A stretch of 64,000 nt of DNA from Clostridiales bacterium (GTDB taxonomy: Bacteria; Bacillota; Clostridia; Christensenellales; CAG-138): NCBI GenBank assembly GCA_019416935.1, contig DXWI01000013.1, positions 2,351 to 66,350 on the forward strand, read 5' to 3'. The first letter of the stretch is position 1. Each line of letters begins with the position of its first letter. The notes below the pieces were generated by a model. It had not been told where the DNA came from. It did not search any database and was given only the letters and a program-made list of their open reading frames with translations. Below are positions 48,068 through 55,821 of this stretch, one piece after another. A program made the translations under genes and the position numbers.

Positions 48068-49093
48068 ATGAAACGTGCATTTTTGCATTTCCTGCGCGTC
48101 CTTGCCGGATTGCTGTCGTCTGCGGCGTTGCTTACCCTGACCGGATGCGAGGGCAAGGCCGAGCGCAATCTGTTCGCTCTGGACACCTATATACAACTGA
48201 CCGCCTACGGACGCGGCGCTTCCGCTGCACTCGCGGACTGCGATGCGGAAATACAACGGCTGGAAAGCCTGCTTTCCGTCACAAGGGTTGGCGGCGATGT
48301 CTTTCGGATCAACCAAGCAAACGGCGCGGCTGTTTCGGTCGAGCCGGAAACCGCTGCGCTGCTGTGGGAAGCACGCCGTCTCGCCGCGCTGACGGACGGC
48401 GCGTTTGACCTGACGGTCTATCCGCTCATGCGGCTCTGGGGGTTCGGCAATTCCCCGGCGGTGCCGGAACCGGCCGCCATTGCGGCGCTTCTGCCGCTCG
48501 TGGATGCCGGGCGGCTCTCTGTCGACGGCGTTGAGATTGCACTGCCCGCCGGCGCCGGCATCGACCTTGGCGGCATTGCAAAGGGCTATGTCTCCGACCG
48601 GCTGGCGGCGCTGCTGCAATCACGCGGCATCGAGAGCGCGATGCTGACGCTGGGCGGCAACGTGCATGCGCTCGGCAGCAAGCCCAATGGCGACGCATGG
48701 CGCGTCGGCATACAGGACCCTCGGGATGCAAACGCCGTTGCCGGCGTGATCGATGCGCGCGATTGCGCCGTGATCACCTCCGGCAGCTACCAGCGCTATT
48801 TTGAGGAGAACGGCGTCCGATACCATCACATTCTGAACCCCGCAACCGGCTACCCGGCAGACAGCGGGCTCTGCTCGGTGACGGTCATTGCAAAAAGCGG
48901 TGTGGAAGCCGACGCGCTCTCCACCGCGCTGTTCGTGATGGGCGCGGAGAATGCCATCGCCTTTTGGCGGCAGTACGGCGGCTTCGCCTTCGTTCTCATC
49001 ACAACGGACGGAGAACTTCTGTATTCGGAAAACGCGCCCTTCTCCGCCGCCGACGGCTACGCCGCGCGCCCGGTTCCCGCTTCGGCTTCCTGA
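48068..49093 (+). CDS. apbE: FAD:protein FMN transferase (ApbE) lipoprotein
   Basis: Trimmed to MKRAFLHFLRVLAGLLSSAALLTLTGC (lipobox). ...DLGGIAKGY...TSGSYQRYF. Confidence 0.88.
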   Translation: MKRAFLHFLRVLAGLLSSAALLTLTGCEGKAERNLFALDTYIQLTAYGRGASAALADCDAEIQRLESLLSVTRVGGDVFRINQANGAAVSVEPETAALLWEARRLAALTDGAFDLTVYPLMRLWGFGNSPAVPEPAAIAALLPLVDAGRLSVDGVEIALPAGAGIDLGGIAKGYVSDRLAALLQSRGIESAMLTLGGNVHALGSKPNGDAWRVGIQDPRDANAVAGVIDARDCAVITSGSYQRYFEENGVRYHHILNPATGYPADSGLCSVTVIAKSGVEADALSTALFVMGAENAIAFWRQYGGFAFVLITTDGELLYSENAPFSAADGYAARPVPASAS

Positions 49094-49121
49094 ACAAGCG
49101 ATTTTTTCGGAGGAACGATTC

Positions 49122-49769
49122 ATGCTTACGAAGAAAAACCCGGTAGTGATTCTTGCCGCAGCGGCATTGATCCTGATTGGCGCGGCGCTGCTTCTCTTTC
49201 GCCTTACACCGGTCGGAAACCTGGTTCCGCAGAGCACGCCCGTCCCCTCCACACCCCCGCCGTTTTCAGCGGGCGCAGCCTTTGAAACGCTCCCGATGAG
49301 CGATTTCGTTGTGACGGGCGACGCCGGACAGACCAGCCTGTTCGATCTGCTCGGAAAGCCGGTGCTCGTGCATTTCTGGAACGGCGACAGCGATGTTGCG
49401 CTGGAAGAACTGCAGGCGCTGGAGCGGGCATATCAAGACTTTGGCGAGAACATTCAGTTTCTGGTGATCCATACGCGCGGCGCGCAGGACGAGGACGCGG
49501 CAAAAGCGCTGTTTCTCCGACAGGCGTTTACGCTCCCGCTCTACTTTGATGCGGACGGGAGCGCAAGAGAAGCCTGCGGCGCAGCGCAGGCTCCTGCTAC
49601 CTATTTTATTGATGCGGAAGGATTCGTCGCCGCAGCGTCCGAAACGGCAATCAATGAGGATGCGCTGCAATTCGGGCTGTCGCTGCTGGCTACGCGCGCA
49701 CCGCTTTCCTGGGATGCTTCCGCTGGCCTGGACGCCACAACTGCACCAGAAGCACAGCCGCCAGCATGA
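49122..49769 (+). CDS. thioredoxin-fold (TlpA/redoxin-like) membrane-anchored protein lacking the CxxC motif
   Basis: Trimmed to MLTKKNPVVILAAAALILIGAALLLF after GGAGGA. At the usual FWASWCxxC position it reads HFWNGDSDVA. Confidence 0.7.
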   Translation: MLTKKNPVVILAAAALILIGAALLLFRLTPVGNLVPQSTPVPSTPPPFSAGAAFETLPMSDFVVTGDAGQTSLFDLLGKPVLVHFWNGDSDVALEELQALERAYQDFGENIQFLVIHTRGAQDEDAAKALFLRQAFTLPLYFDADGSAREACGAAQAPATYFIDAEGFVAAASETAINEDALQFGLSLLATRAPLSWDASAGLDATTAPEAQPPA

Positions 49770-50616
49770 GCGCACAACCGATCACCTCGCGCCCGCTCAT
49801 CGTTTCATGCAGCAGCAGCACGCCGGCAAGCGCCGCGAACACGGACTCGAGGCTCATAATCAGCGAGGCAACCGGCGCCGGCACATGGCGTTGGGCAAGG
49901 ATCTGCAGCGTATAGGCTACGCCGCAGGACAGAATGCCGACAAACAGAATCGGCTGCCATGCCGCGAGCACAGCGGATACGGTCGGGTTCTCCAGCAGCA
50001 GCGCCGGAATCAGCCCCAGCGCGCCGGCCACAACGAACTGGATGCAAGACAGCGCAACGCCGTTCACAACCGGCGAATAGTGGTCGATGAGCAGGATCTG
50101 CACCGCAAAGCACACCGCACAGCACAGCACATACAGATCCCCCGTCGAGACGGTGAACCCCTCCTTCATGCAGAGCAGATACATGCCCGCCAGCGCAACC
50201 GCCGTGCCGATCCATGTGGCAAGGCCGGGGCGCTTTTTCAGCGGAATGGAAAAGATCGGGACGAGCACGATGTACAGCGCCGTAATGAAACCGGCTTTGC
50301 CCGCCGTTGTCTCCTCAATCCCGAACTGCTGCAGATTGCCGGCAAGGAACAGTGCTGCGCCGCACAGCACACCGCCGACGACGAGTTTTCGGCCGCCGAG
50401 ATCCATGGGCCTGCCCATGCGCCGGCTGCGGCAAACGGAAACCGCAAGCACCGGCAGCAGCGTTGCCGCGCCGATCAGAAAGCGCACCGCGTTAAACGTA
50501 AAAGCGCCGATGTACTGTCCCGCAATCCGCTGCGCCGCAAACGCGGTGCCCCAGATGAGTGCCGTAAAAAGGAGCATCGCAATGCCCCGCCATTTCAATC
50601 GTTCCTGTGTGCTCAT
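49690..50616 (-). CDS. DMT superfamily (EamA) transporter
   Basis: Trimmed to MSTQERLKWRGIAMLLFTALIWGTAFAAQR. Two EamA repeats. The start fits the leaderless promoter at 50624-50652. Confidence 0.85.
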   Translation of the reverse strand: MSTQERLKWRGIAMLLFTALIWGTAFAAQRIAGQYIGAFTFNAVRFLIGAATLLPVLAVSVCRSRRMGRPMDLGGRKLVVGGVLCGAALFLAGNLQQFGIEETTAGKAGFITALYIVLVPIFSIPLKKRPGLATWIGTAVALAGMYLLCMKEGFTVSTGDLYVLCCAVCFAVQILLIDHYSPVVNGVALSCIQFVVAGALGLIPALLLENPTVSAVLAAWQPILFVGILSCGVAYTLQILAQRHVPAPVASLIMSLESVFAALAGVLLLHETMSGREVIGCALMLAAVLLVQLWRPGQRKHPRKAVRA

Positions 50617-50623
50617 GTGCATC

Positions 50624-50652
50624 ATTATACATATTTCGGTATGATAATTCAA
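50624..50652 (-). promoter_or_regulatory. near-consensus promoter (TTGAAT-17-TATAAT), leaderless geometry
   Basis: Minus strand: TTGAAT (50652-50647), 17 nt, TATAAT (50629-50624), then 7 nt to the ATG at 50616. No SD. Confidence 0.55.
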
Positions 50653-50707
50653 CAGATTTCTTGTTTCTCCCTGTATAAGTGTTCTTCGTTTGAGAGATTC
50701 TAACGCC

Positions 50708-51421
50708 ATGTGGATTGATTTGTTAAAAGTTTTGGGGACCTCCATCGGGTCAATCATCGTATTGTTTTTGCTTGCGCACCTGATGGGCAACAAGCAAATC
50801 TCCCAGTTGTCCATGTTTGACTACATAGTGGGCATCTCGATCGGTTCGATCGCGGCAGAGATGGCCACCGAGCTGGAAGCCCCGCTGCACTCGCTTCTGG
50901 CCATGGTCGTCTACGGACTGATGGCCTTTTTGATCTCCGTCGCAACCAGCAAATCGCTGAAACTGCGCCGGTTCGTGACCGGCAAACCCATCCTGCTCAT
51001 GGATCAGGGAAGGATCTACCGGGATAACCTCAAGCGTGCACGATTGGATCTGACGGATTTTTTGACGCTTTGCCGCGTTTCCGGCTATTTCGACCTCGCC
51101 GCCATCAAGACTGCCGTCATGGAGTGCAACGGAACGTTGAGTTTTTTGCCCGTTTCTACGCTGCGCGCCGCACAGCCGGCCGATTTTGAGCTGTATCCAA
51201 AGCAGGAGCTGCTGTTTGAAAATGTCGTCCTGGACGGCGTGCTGATGCGCGGCAATCTCCAGGCAACCGGCTTTGACGAGCTGTGGCTGCGCGCCCAGCT
51301 CAAGCTGCGCGGCTACAGCAGCTACCGGCAGATCCTGCTGGCAACCTGCGATACGGAGGGTACGCTGACGGTATATCCCATGGATGCAAAAGCGCCCGCC
51401 AACTGGAATCCGTTTGAATAA
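50708..51421 (+). CDS. DUF421 (YetF-like) membrane protein
   Basis: MWIDLLKVLGTSIGSIIVLFLLAHLMGNKQISQLSMFDYIVGISIGSIAA. Confidence 0.85.
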   Translation: MWIDLLKVLGTSIGSIIVLFLLAHLMGNKQISQLSMFDYIVGISIGSIAAEMATELEAPLHSLLAMVVYGLMAFLISVATSKSLKLRRFVTGKPILLMDQGRIYRDNLKRARLDLTDFLTLCRVSGYFDLAAIKTAVMECNGTLSFLPVSTLRAAQPADFELYPKQELLFENVVLDGVLMRGNLQATGFDELWLRAQLKLRGYSSYRQILLATCDTEGTLTVYPMDAKAPANWNPFE

Positions 51422-51463
51422 CCGCCGGGTCGATCAGCGCCCCGATAGGCTGCGCTGCCGTCA

Positions 51464-51730
51464 CCTGAAAGGAGCGTCCCCTTGAAGGGGACGCTCCTTT
51501 CAGGTTGTCAAAAAAGTGACGATGTGAACCGCTCCGCCGGTTCGCGCACGCATATGATGCAGGAAGAACCACGGGATCTGTCAAAAACGGCGGCATGCAC
51601 GCCGGTTTTGACACCTTGCGGGTAGGTTTGCAGCGTCAAACCTACCCGTGTATCCCTGCTGTAGCAGGTATCCCGTCAAAAAACACAGTTTTTTGACGGT
51701 CTGAGCGTCCCCTTGAAGGGGACGCTCCTC
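51464..51730 (-). repeat. multi-hairpin intergenic element, copy 2 (inverted relative to copy 1)
   Basis: Hairpins at 51464-51504, 51580-51612, 51619-51648, 51655-51668, 51673-51699 and 51703-51727. The reverse complement aligns along the whole length of 46384-46636. Confidence 0.7.
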
Positions 51731-51837
51731 TCTTTCTGGCGAAATAAAATAACCAAATATGCCCCCGCCCGCTTGACCGCAAGCTAGGGATGGAGCACCA
51801 TCAAGCAACGGTTGTTGACCGGCAGAGAGCGCAGGCC

Positions 51838-52851
51838 CTACGCCTTGTAGGAATCGAACCCCATTTTGTGATAGACCTTGCGGATCGTCTTTGTCGCCGC
51901 CTTACGCGCCTTCTCCGCGCCAAGCGCAAGCATATCGGTCAAATACTGGCGATCATCCTGCAGGATACGGCGGTATTCGCTTTGAATCGGCTCCAGCGTG
52001 GCAACAACCGCATCGGCAACGGAGGATTTGAGCGCGCCATAGCCCTGCCCGGCGAACGAGGCAACCGCCTCATCCATTGTTTTGCCCGCGGTAGCGCAGT
52101 AGATGGAGAGCAGATTGTAGACGCCCGCGCGCTCCGGATCGGCGGTGATCTCGCCCAGGCTGTCCGTGACGGCCCGCTTGATCTTGCGCACGATGGCGGC
52201 CGGATCGTCCATCATGGAGATGAACGCGTTCGGATTGGGATCGGACTTACTCATCTTAGCGGTCGGCTCCTGCAAGCTCATGATGCGCGCGCCAACCTTG
52301 GGAATATACGGCTCCGGCACCACAAACGTATCGCCATAGGCCTTGTTGAACCGGATTGCAATGTCGCGCGACAGCTCGAGATGCTGCTTTTGATCCGCGC
52401 CGATGGGCACAAGATCGGTCTGATAAAGCAGGATATCCGCCGCCATCAGCACGGGATAGGTGAACAAGCCCGCGTTGATATTGTCGGCGTGCTTTGCGCT
52501 CTTGTCCTTGAACTGAGTCATGCGGTTGAGCTCGCCCATATAGGTGTGGCAGGAAAGGACCCATGACAACATGGCGTGCTCCGGCACATGCGACTGCACG
52601 AACAGCGTCGATTTTTGCGGGTCGATGCCGCAGGCGATGAACAGCGCGGCCGTCTCAATCGAACGTCTGCGCAGCACGGACGCCTCCTGGCGCACCGTGA
52701 TCGCATGCTGATCGACAACGCAGTAGAACGCATCCACATCGCCCTGATCCTGCATGGCGACAAAGTTGCGCAGCGCGCCAACATAGTTGCCGAGCGTGAG
52801 CACGCCCGACGGCTGTATGCCGGAAAACACGATCTTTTTCTTCTCTTCCAT
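51838..52851 (-). CDS. trpS: tryptophan--tRNA ligase
   Basis: [23 protein letters not shown] (HIGH-like region) and KMSKS. RBS GGGGAGG. Confidence 0.95.
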   Translation of the reverse strand: MEEKKKIVFSGIQPSGVLTLGNYVGALRNFVAMQDQGDVDAFYCVVDQHAITVRQEASVLRRRSIETAALFIACGIDPQKSTLFVQSHVPEHAMLSWVLSCHTYMGELNRMTQFKDKSAKHADNINAGLFTYPVLMAADILLYQTDLVPIGADQKQHLELSRDIAIRFNKAYGDTFVVPEPYIPKVGARIMSLQEPTAKMSKSDPNPNAFISMMDDPAAIVRKIKRAVTDSLGEITADPERAGVYNLLSIYCATAGKTMDEAVASFAGQGYGALKSSVADAVVATLEPIQSEYRRILQDDRQYLTDMLALGAEKARKAATKTIRKVYHKMGFDSYKA

Positions 52852-52887
52852 CTGGGTTTCCTCCCCTGTTCCCTGCTTTGAAATGCG

Positions 52888-52915
52888 CTTTGCCGGCGTT
52901 TTTGCGCCGGCAAAG
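52888..52915 (-). other. stem-loop between rnpB and trpS
   Basis: CTTTGCCGGCG/CGCCGGCAAAG 11-bp stem with only a weak U-run after it on the minus strand. Confidence 0.4.
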
Positions 52916-52925
52916 CAAAACCAAT

Positions 52926-53270
52926 TGCGAGCAAGCCGTAAGCCGAGTTCTGTCTAAGGACGGCCATCTATCTCTGTCCCGCCGTCACCGGCGGGCTCAT
53001 GCGATTACCGGGAGCGTAGCGGGCCGCTATTGAATGCTCCCATTCCAATCTTGCACCGAGTGGGGTTTACAGGACGGTCAAGTCGCCATGCCGTCGGTGA
53101 GCTCTTACCTCGCCTTTCCACCCTTACCGCACCGAATTGATGCGGCGGTATCTCTCTGTTGCACTTTCCTTGGAGTCGCCTCCACCTGACGTTATCAGGC
53201 ACTCTGCCCTGCGGTGCTCGGACTTTCCTCCCCGCCCAAACGGGAGGGGCAGCCGTCTGTCTTACTCGCA
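52926..53270 (-). ncRNA. rnpB: RNase P RNA, bacterial class A
   Basis: The minus strand contains GGGGAGGAAAGUCCGAGC, GGGCAGAGUGCCUGAUAACGUCAGG, GUGCAACAGAGAG, GGUAAGGGUGGAAAGGCGAGGUAAGAGCUCACC, GUAAACCCCACUCGGUGCAAG and ACAGAACUCGGCUUA in the E. coli M1 RNA order. The P1 helix UGCGAGUAAG/CUUGCUCGCA sets the ends. Confidence 0.92.
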
Positions 53271-53278
53271 AACCATAT

Positions 53279-54001
53279 TCAACCGATCTCCGCGTACAGA
53301 ATTCTGCCGCAGTTCTCGCACTCGATGACCGCTTCCGGCGCCGTCAGGCGCTTGAGCACGACCATCGGCAGCGACATGTTGCACCCGGAGCACTTGCCGG
53401 CATCCACCTTGACGATGGGAACCGTATGGTGCTGCTTGGCGCGGCGGTAGCGGGCCATCAACTGCGGATCGAGCGTCTTTCCAATCTCCTCCAGTTTCTT
53501 ATCGAAAGCCGCGATGTCGGCCATGCTGTCGTCGCGTTCCTTTTCGCAGACCGCACGGAGCTGATCATATTCCTTTTTGTTCTTATTATATTGCTGTCCC
53601 GTTTTGCGGTACTCATCCACTGCTGTTTCCAGCTCCGTGAGCAGTGCCTTTGCTTCGCGGCTTGCTGCCGCGATCTCACGGTTGAGCCGCTCAATATCGC
53701 CGCGCAGCTCGGTCATCTCCTCAGCGGTGCTCTCCTCATCCTGCCGCATGGTTTCCAGCTCGCCATGCTCCAATTCGAGCTGATTCTCCAGCTGCTCCGC
53801 TCTGTCCGTCAGCCGCTTTGCCTGTGCTGCGCGGGTTTCCAGTCCTTCCATCAGTTGATTGAGGGTTGTCTGTTGCGTTTTAAGCGCTTTATGCAGACGG
53901 TTCAGCTGCATGCGCGACGGCGTCGAGCGGATGGCATTTTCCAACTGCTCCTTTTGCAGCTCCGTCTCCTGATACGCAAACAAGGCGTCAAGTTTTGACA
54001 T
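53279..54001 (-). CDS. COG1579 coiled-coil protein with C-terminal C4 zinc ribbon
   Basis: Trimmed to MSKLDALFAYQETELQ. Long coiled coil, then CSGCNMSLP...CENCGRILY. Confidence 0.85.
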   Translation of the reverse strand: MSKLDALFAYQETELQKEQLENAIRSTPSRMQLNRLHKALKTQQTTLNQLMEGLETRAAQAKRLTDRAEQLENQLELEHGELETMRQDEESTAEEMTELRGDIERLNREIAAASREAKALLTELETAVDEYRKTGQQYNKNKKEYDQLRAVCEKERDDSMADIAAFDKKLEEIGKTLDPQLMARYRRAKQHHTVPIVKVDAGKCSGCNMSLPMVVLKRLTAPEAVIECENCGRILYAEIG

Positions 54002-54011
54002 ATCGCACCTC

Positions 54012-54776
54012 CTATAGACGTCTTTGCGGAGAGGCCTCCGCAAGCGTTACATAATATTGTACATCATTTTGGAGCGTCTGTAAACGGGCAATCAGCGCCG
54101 GCAGTACAACACGCTCCGTTTCATAATGGCCGCAGGTGAGCACATTCATCCCCAATACCGCAGCCGCGAGCGCCTCGTGGTGTTTGCACTCCCCCGTCAC
54201 AAAAACATCCGCTCCCGCGGTGGCGGCGACCGCCACATCCGAGCCGCCGCTGCCGCCCACGAGCGCGACCGTGCGCACCGTCGCCGCCGGTTCGCCGGTT
54301 GCCATCGCCGTACAGGAGAGCGCCCGCTCGGTTTTTGCGGCAAATTCTTTGAGCGTCATCGGTTCTCGAAGCCGGCCGATCCGGCCAAGGTTCTCCGGCG
54401 GAAGCGGCCGCACGTCGATCAGCTCAAGCCGCTCGGCCAACGCGTCGTTCACGCCGTGCTCCGCCGCGTCGAGATTGGTGTGCGCGGCATACAGGCCGAC
54501 GCCGCTTTGTATCAGGCGGTAGATCGCCGCAGTGTCCGGGTGATCTCTGAGCATCCGCTTCACGCCGAACAGCATGACCGGATGATGCGTCAGCACCAGA
54601 TCCACCTTGAGCCGCGCCGCCTCCTGCGCAACGGCCACGCTGCAATCCAGCGCGACCAGCACGCGCCGAATTTCCTCCGTCGCGGGACTGACAAGCAGCC
54701 CCACGTTGTCAAAATCCATCGCCAGCTCCGGCGGCGCTATCCGCTCCATCGCCGCAACAAAGTCGTTCAACAGCAT
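54012..54776 (-). CDS. Nif3-like dinuclear metal centre protein
   Basis: MLLNDFVAAMERIAPPELAMDFDNVGLLV...LVLTHHP...AHTNLD...GHYETE. Confidence 0.88.
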   Translation of the reverse strand: MLLNDFVAAMERIAPPELAMDFDNVGLLVSPATEEIRRVLVALDCSVAVAQEAARLKVDLVLTHHPVMLFGVKRMLRDHPDTAAIYRLIQSGVGLYAAHTNLDAAEHGVNDALAERLELIDVRPLPPENLGRIGRLREPMTLKEFAAKTERALSCTAMATGEPAATVRTVALVGGSGGSDVAVAATAGADVFVTGECKHHEALAAAVLGMNVLTCGHYETERVVLPALIARLQTLQNDVQYYVTLAEASPQRRL

Positions 54777-54778
54777 GG

Positions 54779-55498
54779 TCAATCCTCCCAATGATCCAAA
54801 ATGGCCTGCATCTGCGCCGCCCTTTCAACGAGGCGCACTCCCCCTTCCGTTCCCCTCGCCGTTTGCAGCCGGAGCAGGCATTGCTCCAGCTTCCGCTTCG
54901 CCAGCAGCGGCAAAAGCGGCTCCCTTTTGAAAAACGCGCGATAGCCAACCTGAAAGCAGTCGGTGGGGAAACCCTCCGGCCAGTCATCCCGCATCCCGTC
55001 GCAAGGCGGCAGGACGGAGAACACCTGATAGAGCCGTCCCGCGTCCCGCACGACCCGATCCTCCTTCACGCGATAGCCGTGCTCATACAGATAGCGGCGG
55101 ATGTCCTCCTCGGCGCGCATCGGCTGTAGCACCAACAGCCGCGCGCCCATGAGCGGCTGCTCGCAGGCGTCCAGTAGCCGTGCCATCAGCGTACCGCCCA
55201 TGCCCAGCATGGCCACCGCATCGGCCTCGCCGCTTTGCAGCACGGACAGCCCGTCGCCGCAGCGCAGATCGATACGGTTTGCAACGCCGACAAAGCCGGA
55301 TAGTTTTTTCGCCTTTTCCAACGATGGGGCGCTCACATCCGCTGCAATACACCGGTCACAGGCGTCCCGCTGCAGCAGCGCGCAGCTCAAGCGTCCGTGA
55401 TCACAGCCAATATCCGCAATGACCCGCTGCCTGCCGAGCAGTTCCGCGGCGGCAAGCAGCCTTGGATGCAGCGAGATTCGGCGCATTTCTTCCAACAT
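54779..55498 (-). CDS. trmK: tRNA (adenine(22)-N(1))-methyltransferase
   Basis: Trimmed to MLEEMRRISLHPRLLAAAELLGRQRVIADIGCDHGRLSCALL. The start fits the leaderless promoter at 55505-55534. Confidence 0.85.
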   Translation of the reverse strand: MLEEMRRISLHPRLLAAAELLGRQRVIADIGCDHGRLSCALLQRDACDRCIAADVSAPSLEKAKKLSGFVGVANRIDLRCGDGLSVLQSGEADAVAMLGMGGTLMARLLDACEQPLMGARLLVLQPMRAEEDIRRYLYEHGYRVKEDRVVRDAGRLYQVFSVLPPCDGMRDDWPEGFPTDCFQVGYRAFFKREPLLPLLAKRKLEQCLLRLQTARGTEGGVRLVERAAQMQAILDHWED

Positions 55499-55504
55499 AG
55501 CGAT

Positions 55505-55534
55505 ATTATACCATCGACCGGCAGGCGCATACAA
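55505..55534 (-). promoter_or_regulatory. putative trmK promoter (TTGTAT-18-TGGTATAAT), leaderless geometry
   Basis: Minus-strand TATAAT (55510-55505) ends 6 nt before the ATG at 55498. Extended TG present. No SD. Confidence 0.5.
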
Positions 55535-55701
55535 GGGCTTTGCCGCATGGCGCGGGCGCTGCGGGGCGGCGGGCCGCTGCCCCGCTGCCGGTATTCGCCG
55601 TACCGATCGGCGGGCGGTCAAGCGGCGCTGTTTGTATGCGCGCTTCGCTGCATCATTCCCCCCCTCACGGCTCGCCGCTGCAAACGAAGGCAACGAGTTG
55701 G

Positions 55702-55729
55702 AAAAACCGGCGGCAGTGCCGCCGGTTTG
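55702..55729 (-). terminator. rho-independent terminator after the aminotransferase gene
   Basis: The minus strand reads AAACCGGCGGC-ACUG-CCGCCGGUUU followed by UUCC. Confidence 0.6.
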
Positions 55730-55821
55730 TATCGATTCTATGGCTGTATCACCGCAATTTACACGCACGGCCGGCGGATAATTTCCATAGAAACCCGCTT
55801 GAGCCGTGCCGAAACTCCCGA

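Noticed and set aside
52852-53280. Expected T-box leader upstream of trpS
   Set aside because: A GGGTGGAAAGG string initially looked T-box-like. The whole region instead matches class A RNase P RNA motif by motif, and no T-box antiterminator sequence is present.
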